A DNA stretch of 54,453 nucleotides, the filler included, from Bipalium vagum (lineage: Eukaryota), in NCBI GenBank assembly GCA_037834085.1. It is 3 parts of 3 records of this genome, joined end to end, with 100 filler letters (N's around TTAATTAATTAA, not from the genome) between each part and the next. Parts side by side here need not be neighbours in the genome. Positions count along the whole stretch, not along the records: positions 35,575 to 54,453 come from JBBMKC010016797.1; 2 more parts are not named here. One strand, 5' to 3'. The notes beneath the pieces are model-generated. The model saw only the letters and a program-made list of their open reading frames with translations, was not told the origin of the DNA and did no database searches. The translations under genes and the position numbers were made by a program. Positions within the stretch are counted from its first letter, which is position 1. Each line of letters starts with the position of its first letter. Shown one piece after another: positions 39,740-50,339 of this stretch.

Positions 39740-40561
39740 AAAAATAATGGCACCTAAAGAGACTGCACAAGAAGTTTATATTGAATATGGTTTTTCTGTG
39801 TTGGATGAAAACCCACAGTATGTAATTTGCAATAAGTTATAGTGACACTTGCAGACCATTCATCTGAAGTTATCTTCAAATCCTAAAGAATTTTTCGTTT
39901 CGAAGTTCAGCTCTATGGAAAAGCGTCATTCTGTGGTGAAATTATTTTTGCAAACGAATGAAATCGCAGTGAAATGCTCTTATATTGCAGCTTTCCATAT
40001 TGCCAGACGACTGAAGCCCCAACCGATTAGAGAAGATCTTTTGCTTGCAGTGATAAAAGAAATTGTGGAAATCATGTTTGGTTCTAAGGAGACATCAAAA
40101 TTGAATATGATATCGCTTTCCAACAATACTATTTGAAGAAGGATCAGTTTAGTGATGTTCTTTCTCAAATTGTTTCCAGAGTTTTTTCGCCTGCCTGTTT
40201 CACCATTCAGGTGGAATAATCCACTGATATTTCCAATCAAGCTCAATTAATCACTTTTATCCCTTATCTTTGAGAAGAAAGTTTTCAAAAAAGCTTTTAT
40301 TCTGCAGGCCATTTTCTACGAATGTGAGAGGCTAAGACATCTTTCAATTAATGGATGAATTCTTTAGTGAAAATTCTCTTTGTCCTGAAATACAATCAAG
40401 AATTGACAATCTGTACAAAATGGTTCAGAGTCAACCATCTCAATAATGTAAAATTAAATTTAATAAAAATTGGTTTTCATTTTTGGTTAAAAAATTATAG
40501 AGTTCGCGAAAAACTTTTATTACAAAAAAGGGATTACGTCGTAAAAAGTTGGGAACCATTG
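39740..40561 (+). mobile_element. hAT Buster/Charlie-like (ZBED5/SCAND3-type) element, internally deleted
   Basis: YIEYGFS..PQYVIC (BED finger start), SYIAAFHIARRLKP...ISLSNNTI*RRI and STDISNQAQLITF. Right TIR AAAAGTTGGGAACCATTG (CAGTGGTTCCCAA type). Confidence 0.8.
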
Positions 40562-40760
40562 GTTTTGGATGTATGTATTGAGATGTCATAATGTACTCAG
40601 AAGCACCAAGTAGTGATAATTATGATCCAGTACATATGCTAACAGTGAAGCAATTAATATGAGTATTAGAGAAGTAAGTAGATGAGCTCCCACCACATGA
40701 GATGTAGAGAGAGATGGTACAATTTTTCGTATTTTACGCATTAAAAGTTTGTAGATTATA

Positions 40761-41850
40761 CTCAGCAACATAATTTTAGAAACACTGTACGTATTTCATA
40801 ATTTTCAAGTAAATAAAAAGAATAAAATACTATTACGTTGCCACATCTAAAACTATTTTAATAAATATCAAAAAACAGAAATCGACATAATTTTAGAAGC
40901 ACTTATATTTTCACAGATTAACATTTTAAAAGTTATTTATTATATAAATTACCACCAGTCTTCAGTACCTTACACAGTCTGATTCGAATTGATGCATACA
41001 AAGACACTAATTTTTGACGTTCCTGACTGTTTATGTGACAAATGGCATTATAAATGACAATGACCAAGTCTTCTGTATTACGAAACTGGTGACCGCCATA
41101 AACGATGTCAGATATCAATTTCAAGACATCCTCTGCTATATTGATATCTGGACTTTTTGTCGACCACAATATGCTATTTATATTGCTTTCTTTTAAAAAT
41201 AATGTGACTTCTTTGCTTTGATGCACGGGAGCATTATCTTGTTGAAGGAAAAAGTCTTTCCAAAATTCAACATAATTATCGGGAGAACCTTTTCTTTCAA
41301 AAATTTAATATAGTCTTCTGACCGGAATTTATTTTCTATAGTATGAAATGATAAGAGATAATTGGGTAGTACTATCATCATTACCATGACACCGCCACCT
41401 TTGCATTGTCTCTTACATTGAACCACCTTCTCAGTTCGTAGTGTATATGTCCTCCAGTCATCAGTACCATCAAGGTAAAAGAGTTTTTCGTCAGTAAACA
41501 CTGCCATATCTTATTGGTGGCTACTAGTGATCCAATTTGTAATAATGTCAAATCTTTGTGCTTCCTAAGTAATATTATTTGGAACTTTGCTCTGTAATAT
41601 TTGTAGCCTATAGACTTGAAATATCTTTGTATGCTTCTGTTAGAAATACGTAAATCGCTTGATTTCTTAATTTTTAAAGCACTTAATTTTTCATGGGCTT
41701 CTTTATATTGTGAAACTTTCCGTTTAATTATCAACTTTTCGAAACTTGACAACCTAAGCTTTGGGCCTAGTCTTGTATTATGAGAATATCCAAAATGAAT
41801 TTTTGGAAAATTTTTCAACACTAGAACATGTTTATAAGCTTGTACCTGTC
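40761..41850 (-). mobile_element. Tc3-like transposase pseudogene with an IR/DR-type terminus
   Basis: Three frameshifted ORFs: VFTDEKLFYLDGTD, RQCKGGGVMV, WSTKSPDINIAEDV..GGNLYNK. The direct repeat ACATAATTTTAGAARCACT at ~40768 and ~40885 lies in the terminus. The 5' end is missing. Confidence 0.88.
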
Positions 41851-42075
41851 GTGTGATTGACCTCTTCTTACCATCTGAGTGGTTTCATCACATTTGAATA
41901 CTTCGTAATCGTTTTTAAAGAAAACCAGTTAAGGAGATTTAACACCGTGACACAAAACATCGAATGGGTGGCAACATTTTTTTCTGAAAAGAAATTTATT
42001 TACATTGCAATTAATTCAGTTACCAATGATAAAATAAAAGGGGACATTTATTTTATTAACGATGTTAAAGATATC

Positions 42076-42885
42076 CAGGTGCGTCAGCTATTTGAGGACA
42101 AAAATTGTTGTAATATATCATGATAATTTTTTTAGAGGCGCTAAAATTGATTTGCAATATTTATTGATACAACATTATATAATTATTTTTTAATTTAAAA
42201 ATGGAAGAGATAACTTTTGATTTAAAACAAGAAATGAAAAGGCATGCAGCTATTGTTGCATTAGCCGCCGGACACAGTGACTTAGAAATTTTCAAATTTC
42301 TTAATGTGGCCAGATCGTTTGTTAATAAAATTAGAAAGGAATATTTGACATCTGATTGAAATTTTTTCTCGAAAAAAACACATTCCTCACATTCAGACAT
42401 TGTCATAAATGTTAATTTTGTTCAAAAAGTCCAGGATGTTGTTCATGAAAGTTGCGGAACATCAATGAGAGAAATTGCCCATCGACTATCGGTTTCTGAG
42501 TCAGCAGTAAGACGAACGGTACAGAATGAATTAAAATGCAAGTTTTACGTCATGAAAAGAAGACGTTTTGCATCGGCAAAAAGCAAAGAAAATCGTTTAA
42601 ACCGTTTGAAGTGTCTTTTAAACAAAATCAAGTATCCTGATCATCCAAACATGCTATGGTTCTTATCTGATGAAAAAAAATTAACAAAATCCATTTGATC
42701 GTGGCTTGTAGCTTTCAGAAGCCGTATGAAGCTGTAATTGACACTGAAGGCGATTTTATTGAATAAATAAAACTTGTGTACTTAGAACAAAGTTTCTAAT
42801 ATTTCTTAAAAATATACATTATTTTCAAGAAAAATATTACTTACCTTTAATATCAATTTTTGTCCTCAAATAGCTGACGCACCTG
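42076..42885 (+). mobile_element. DD37D/maT-type transposon, internally deleted (810 bp)
   Basis: Perfect 32-bp TIRs CAGGTGCGTCAGCTATTTGAGGACAAAAATTG. N-terminus MEEITFDLKQEMKRHAAIVALAAGHSDLEI...WFLSDEK is joined to C-terminus EAVIDTEGDFIE*, with the catalytic core missing. Confidence 0.88.
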
Positions 42886-43853
42886 TAATTGCTGAACAAT
42901 TTATTTGAATTCTTATGTTAACTGTGAATAAGATTTTTCAGAAATAGTCTACATAATTTATTTATAGTAATTTTTAAATTTTTTATCATTACTTAAATAA
43001 CGAGAACAATATTAAAATTTCGAAAAACTATCTCTTTATTTAAGGGAGAGATATTATTTCGGGATTATAGAATTTTTTGATAACAATTTTAATTTTTAAC
43101 AAATCTTTAAATAAAATTTAATAACATTTGAGAAATAATCTAATTTTTAACTAGTTAACACTTTCTAAGTTTAACAATTTTATTAATTGTTTTGTTTAAC
43201 TAAATAAAAATATATTTAATTAAGCAACGATTGTATTTTAATTTGAAAAATGTTTGTATTAAGGCATGAACTTTACATTCTTTAATAGATGTTATTTTTT
43301 GAAACTTAAGACATTGTTCTTATCATTAAGGACTTTCACTTAGTACTGATAATTTTCCGAAACATAAGAATGAATTTTGTTGTAGTTGGTTATTTTATCA
43401 AACTTAAATTCCGAAATAAGTATAAACCAAATAACTAAAAATCACTACTCGAAACCTATTCAAATTCATACAATTCTACTAACACAAACGATTGAAAACT
43501 AAAATTAATTTAACCCTTAACAAATTACTTCCGTAAAACCAGCGAAAAGCGACTCGGTTATTAATAACTATTCTAATTTTAGCTCGAAAACGTTTTGAAT
43601 AACAAAAACACAACCCACCGGTACAACTGAAATAATTAAATTGACTGACTGTAAATAAATAAATTGTCCTTTTATAAAATATAAAAAACAAGTTCAATAG
43701 CAAAAGTACCCGTTTATTATTACTATTATTACATACAAGTTTATGTCCAAATGCAGAAACATTGAAAGACAAAAAAAACAAAATGTTATCGATCTCCAAT
43801 ATTATCATCATTATATCATCATCATCACTACCTCACCATCATCATCACCGTCA

Positions 43854-46800
43854 TCATTTTCCGTGACCGTTGACTAAATTATTTTTGTGAACGACAAATT
43901 GACTTTTAAGATTTACGAGATATTGCTGGACGAGAAGAGCGATTTTGTGGCGCTTAAACTGCACAGCCTGCTGCAAACAACGACTGATCATTATGGTTTG
44001 CAGCTTGTAGGGGCCTTTGAATTTCGTTAGCAGTTTGAAAACCTCTTTTCCGTCTGAAAAAAAAATCAAATTATCGACATTCAATAAATTTTTTGTTTGT
44101 TAATAATAATAATAATCGATTATTTATTATCGTCATGTGACAATAATTGAGATTATAAATGAACACGAACCTATTTTCGGGTGACGTAATATTGTGATTA
44201 GTTTCTTCACCAGAGCTTTATTGTGAAAGTAATTGTCCTTGACGATGGTCGTGGCAATGGTGGAATTGGTACTGCTGCCGGTGCTATTGTTGTTGTTTGT
44301 GTACATTTCATCAACATTTGAATCTTTCATCAATATAGTATTGATCAGAATTTCTTTGATACCATTCTTTCCGGTTGTTGACGCTGCCGCAGCCGTTGCT
44401 GGGGTTCGCGTTACCGTTGTCATTGGTCCGCCGGCTGTCATTGTCAGAGTGCTTGTCATATCGTAAGTTTCTGGATAATCTATCAGGGATTTAAAAAAAT
44501 TAATAATCAAAAAAATATTTAAGATCGTTATACCGGATATTTCCGATCGTGTCGGACTGGATATTGGGGTTGAACAAACGGAATTGGTTGGCGTTCTCCA
44601 ATTGAAATAAGTTACACTCAACGGCAATGGGCCTTTGGTGCGACCCATTTCCGAATTCGAAGGCCGTCGACTGAGTTTAGCACCATCGCTATTGGTGATC
44701 ATGTCCTCAACGAATTTTTCGTCTGCCTCAAAAGCGTTTGACGACGATTTCCTGCGGAACGGATTTCCGAACGTTTCCTTTCGTTCCGGGGCTGGATGGA
44801 TTTCTTTTAGCGGTTCCGGCAATTTGGAATATTTGTAATTGGAATAGTCGCCCATTTCAGCCATTCTTTGTTCGTGAATCGATTCGTGGTCCATCAATCG
44901 ATTGTTATTGATGATAAATTCCTTGAAATTTGCAACGTTCTTTTTCACCATCGATCGTAAATGGATCCGATCGATTTTATTCGGTAGAAAATATGAATTC
45001 ATATCGATTCGAGGGATTTTCGCTGCGGACACGAGCTGGATAGAAATGAGATCAGAAGCAGCCCCACCAATTATATCACCACCAGTATTAGTGCTATTAT
45101 TGTTGTTGTTATGGTTGTTATTTCCTTGGACACAGTTCCACTTCAAAAGATTTGACCCCCGGCTTAACGAAGCCTTCTGCTCGACATTGGCCGACGCTCT
45201 CTGGTCCATCTCGAACTGCATTTTGGCCATTTGACGCAACTTTTGCAGATTGCTTTTTAAATTGAAGGGCAAGATTCGCTCGATTGATTCGTGTTTGATG
45301 AGATAGGGCAGACCGATCTTTTCGAATGCTCTCGACAACGGTGAGAAATAGTATTTGGGAATGATACCGAGATAATGAGCAAATTTGCTACCCCAAACAT
45401 CATTGATTCGCATTTTCAAAGTATCCGACAAGTTTGACAACAAATCAATCAATGCCGGAAAATTATATGACAACACGTACAAATGCACGGTCAACAGATC
45501 ACTGCTGGGTTTCAAATATCCGAATGGATAATCCTGAGTTTTGCCGCTTTTCGGAACGTAACAGTGCCAAACGAAATTGGTATCGCGCCGTTCGAGAATG
45601 TACTGGGTGAGCGGAGACGGTTCCAGTTCGTATCGGTCGACGGGAAAGTGTTCCATGATTTTGGGGATTTGCATTTTAGTGGTGGAAAAACAAATTATCG
45701 GATGAGCAGACCGGGGAGGCTGAGCATAAGAAATGAACAATAAAAAAAAATGTATCAGAAATCAATACCAATTTATCATTTAAATGCTCATCAGGCCAGA
45801 ATGATTCGGGAATTGGCCAATGAGAGTTTGCAGAGCCTACATTGGACGATTTAACATAAATCATTTTCTTACAGTTGTGCCATTTCTGTGAATCGTTTTT
45901 AAGTATGTCATTACCTATAATAATGACATTAATTTCAATATTAATATTATATCGAATTAATATTAATTATTGTTTAATTTTATATTGACAAAAACATCTC
46001 GAATTAAAATTAATTAATGTTTGATTTAATATTGATATAATTATATCGATTGAGATAGTTGATTCGACACAATGTTTATTTTAAATTAATTGTTTATGAT
46101 TATTTATAATATATTGAAAATCGATAATCAATACTTTCATCTAATTTCATGAAATGCAGAACCACTCCTGGATGGCACTTTTGTGATAGCGATTCCAAAC
46201 ACTGATGCAACATACGTTCATTGGTGATTTTATATGCTCTTCCTAAAAATGAAAAAATTCACGTTATGACAATAGTTCAACAAAAATCGATACATCTTAC
46301 TCACCTCCTGTTACTTCACACATCGAACTGATGGGACAGTCCTGATCGGTTGGAATAAATTTCGGAATTTCATTCTGTTCAATAGAATATCCGGGAAATC
46401 GCAACACAATACTATACAATCGATAATCCCATCGAAACGGCTCTGCTGTATATTCGTGACCGGGAATGCTGGGAGTCAATACGGGAAGATTTAAATCTCC
46501 GTTGATTATTCCAGAATCTGATGTCAATTTTCCACCATCGGTTATGCAAATAACAATCGCATGTTCGATTTGACTGGGATACCGACCCATGCCATAATTT
46601 TCGAAACCGTTATTCATTCTCGTTAGATTTAACATGTCAAATGTTCGCCTAATTCCCACTCCGAGACTAGTATATCCATTTGGTTTAATTATATCCAATG
46701 TTGTACGTATAGAATGGAGATTTTGCTTCCACTCATTGGACTAGGGTAATTTACAATCAGAAAATAATTGTCAACTTTATTTTGTTATACCTTTAAATTA

Positions 46801-47017
46801 TTAGGGTCTTTATCGAGACTGAATATGAAGTAACGATCAGATCGTGAAAATTTCAACCGTATCTAAATTATTTATAAATTACAAACCTTTACTATTTTTC
46901 TAATACCTTATAAATTTCTTCAACACATCCTTTTGCAATGTCTAATAAGGATGTGCCCAAATATGTACGTTGATTCATAGAAGCACTATTATCAATCAAA
47001 AATACCATTACAGTCAT
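43854..47017 (-). CDS. INTS6: Integrator complex subunit 6; exons 47017-46907, 46862-46791, 46740-46305, 46242-46135, 45914-45769, 45719-44534, 44479-44171, 44053-43854; 855 aa
   Basis: VWA N-terminus MTVMVFLIDNSASMNQRTYLGTSLLDIAKG, ITDGGKLT, EPFRWDYRL, HWPIPESFWPD, FPVDRYELEPSPLTQYILER, PFGYLK, FGNPF, and the C-terminal INTS6 domain (LRHPK..FKLL..FKR). All 7 introns are GT-AG and phase-consistent. The CDS totals 2568 nt. Confidence 0.95.
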
Positions 47018-49426
47018 TATAATTTATGACTTATAAAAAGTAAAATTTATTAGACAGAATAACCAACTTTCGCAACTAAAATTTTAAAACTGCAATTGTC
47101 TATTGAATACAGGCTAATATATTGTAAGTTGTAATGCCTAACTTTGATCTGATTGGTTTGTTTTACAATGTATAGGGCTCACTATTAGAAATTAAAATAA
47201 ATTTAAACAACATAAAAAATAAAATAAAGCCAAATAAATTTTTAGTATAAAGTAAAAAAAATGTAAATACTGCTTTAATAATATAACAATGCGGTAAAAA
47301 CGATGAGGTTTGATATAAATCGGATTCCATTATTACTTGTGAGCCTCATATTTGAAATGATACTAAATTATAAACAAATTATTTAACTGTACGTTTACGT
47401 AAATAACTTAATAAAGAAAATTCATAAGATTAAAATAAATTCCTTATTTCGAAAATAACATTATTAATTAGTTCCAATTATATTTAGAAATGTAATTAAA
47501 AATATTTGTATTAATATTATTAATTATATAATAAATAAAATTCACATTTCCTATATTTAAATACGTGATTTTTAGTTAATATTCATTTTATCTAACTAAA
47601 AATTAATATTAAACATTAAGATTAATTAACGCGATTTAAAATGATATTAAAGTTGAAAATAAATTAGTTTAAGATAATTTAAAAACAGTTCTTAAAATTC
47701 TAATTATTTTTAAGCTAATTTTAAGAAAAATTTAAGTATTTCAGTAATTTAATTATTTTCAACTTAGTTAGATTGGTACAATGTTATACTAAGATATTAT
47801 TCAGTCTTTCGACTTATTTTCAAGCGTTGAAATAGGTTTGGTCTCACCAGACAACTTTTATTAATTTTACTGAATGTTGTCAATATCAATCTTCGTGAGT
47901 TTTGAAATAAAATTATATCTGATATTGGGCATGTTTGGGTCAGGTTTAGAATGTTGATTTTTAAAACTATTGCGATTATTTACATTTCGATCACATCAGT
48001 TGTATTACACAAGTCTTACGTCTCTGGTTGGGTTAATCAATAAAAGGTTTAATACCCGAGAATATCATGCAGGACATTTTATTAATTAACAATATGTGAC
48101 TTAGCAATTAGTTAATCAGATTTGGTTAGTAAACAACATGACTGGTAGTAGGAGAAAAAAAATTTTTCGGTTGTTTTTTTATTTTTGATATAGAAAGAGT
48201 TCTAAAACTGGTATGTACAAACAGGAAGACAATATGTGAGTGTAGACCAACGACTCGACGTATCCAAAGTTTAGTGATATTGGTAGACCTAGTGACTCCA
48301 AACTGCTGGAGTCTAGAATGTGAACTTTTCCTTCATAGATGATGGATGCTTTGGTAAAGGATGTTTAGGGTAAAGGCATATCCAGGATACATTCACTTAT
48401 AACCATAGTGCACCTTGTAACTGCGAAATTAGTTTAACTAATTGACATATTAGTTGTTTGTCTTTCCAAAGTCTCTATGTTTGACCTAATCGAACCAAAT
48501 ATATTCACATGTTTCTTTGTAACAGAAGAAAGTTATAAAAAAATATATAATATATACATTCTTTTCATAAATATGATGCATCAAATCCAAGATCCATAAA
48601 AGATTTCTCGAAGATTTACTTCTTTTGGTATTGAGATATGAATTTAATATATCGGTAGAGACTCAATTGTTAACGATGTTGATTTTATTGAGTTACTGAT
48701 TCCACGCTGGTTTTGAATAACCAGGGAGCTTATTCTTAGATTTAGTAGTCTTTATCTTATAAATAAGTATTTAAGGATTGAGTTCTCTTCAATGTACGCC
48801 AGAGTTAGGATATAGTATGACTAGTGTTCCGAGTATTTTGTTTGGTCATCAAAAGATTTATAGAAAAGAAAATAAGGGGTTGATATGAGAACCAACCACC
48901 ATGATCACCTTACTCTCTGATCATAATCTCAAACCACAATTATATAAAAAGTTCCATTTATCAATCATTAAGTACTTTCTGCATACATTTGAGTATTTTA
49001 TTTAACTATTTTCATTATATATTCGTTTATTTTCATTAGATTTAATATGCAGTGCCATTTTCATTTTAATTGGCTTTCATAAAATATTTATCTCCACATC
49101 ATTATCCATAATTTAAGTTAAAAGTATTTTCTTTTAAATAAAAAATATTTACAATTGTTGCGTTAGCAAAAGACAAATCCATGTTAACCCTTGTTAAAAT
49201 TATATGCTAAAGAACGCAAAAGGGTCAGAAATGAAATAATAATAATAATAATTATTATTATTATTATTATAATTAATTAATTAAAAAGTAAACATTTAAT
49301 TTAAAAAGTAATTTATTATTTTTTAAAAGGATCAGATCTTGATCGATTGTACATCAATGCCTGACTAGAATAGTATCTAAGGAGTTGGAATCCGCAGTGG
49401 ATTGCCACAAAAAATCCTTGTATAAA

Positions 49427-49625
49427 TTGTACTTCAGAAGAAACAATTTTTAAGAAACCAATTTTTTACGGAAGGAATTTGTACGTTAGAAAATGCGATT
49501 TTTAAGGAACCTATTTTTACGGAAGCAATTTGTAGACAGAAGATGCAATTTTTACCTAAGCATTTTGTACGTCAGAAGAGATAATTGTTTGTCGGAATAA
49601 AATCATATTTGTACGTCTGAAGAAA
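49427..49625. repeat. Degenerate minisatellite with five TTGTACGTCAGAAGA-like motifs
   Basis: Motif starts at 49427, 49479, 49530, 49565 and 49609 (periods 52, 51, 35, 44), with CAATTTTTA(A/C)GGAA subrepeats between them. Confidence 0.85.
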
Positions 49626-50339
49626 GCTGCCACATTTTATCAGTGAATATTAGAATTTTGCCCTCTATTATGCGACAGGAGCTTATGATGGCTCTTGTGC
49701 TGCTAGGGTGTTCCTGAGCGAACCGGATTGGGCTCAGTAAACTACCCTTTGGACACGTCGTCGACAGAAGCGGTGAGAGGATCATTTTTTTCTTTTTAGT
49801 ATTCTGTTTAAAATTAAAGTTTAATTTTATTGACACTTTGATTAAAAATTTGATTCTATTAATTAACATTATATTTAATTGATATTATTTGATTATTGAT
49901 TGATTCTTATTATTCTTTATTTTTGATTTTGTAGAGTCATTTAACTTTTACGATTGTGTGATTGTAAACATTTCATTGACAATTCGATTTGCTTATTATC
50001 CTTTAGTGAGATATTGTGGTTGTAACTTTGATAATAAAGGGTTATTTGTAGTTGCTTTGATGCATTTATTTACTTACACGTTTTGACAAAAGTAAAGGGT
50101 TTAGTAAACTTTACGAGCTAAGTGTTACAAGTAATAGTAATTTAATTCATAGTAATTTAATAGCCTAACACAATATAAGAAATTTAAGAATTTTAAAATA
50201 TTTATTACGTTTATAACTTAGTCTATTTACGACTTTAATTGTATTAGTGATTGCAATATATTCAGACCAAGATTTTTTAAAACTTTTATGTCTTTTCGAT
50301 TAAAAACATTAACAATTTAGAAATGGCTAAATGTTTTTG

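Noticed and set aside
44233-45743. Four plus-strand ORFs overlapping INTS6
   Set aside because: Antisense shadows caused by GC-richer coding sequence.
49174-49226. piggyBac-like TTAA-CCCT ends (also 36316 and 43510)
   Set aside because: No matching AGGG-TTAA partner or extended TIR could be identified.
49330-49400. U2 snRNA target remnant (TAGTATCT) for a Utopia-like element
   Set aside because: Only ~8 nt match, with no further U2 sequence on either flank.
49427-49625. CRISPR-like repeat-spacer array
   Set aside because: The spacers are similar to each other, the repeats are degenerate, there are no cas genes, and the context is eukaryotic. It is a minisatellite.
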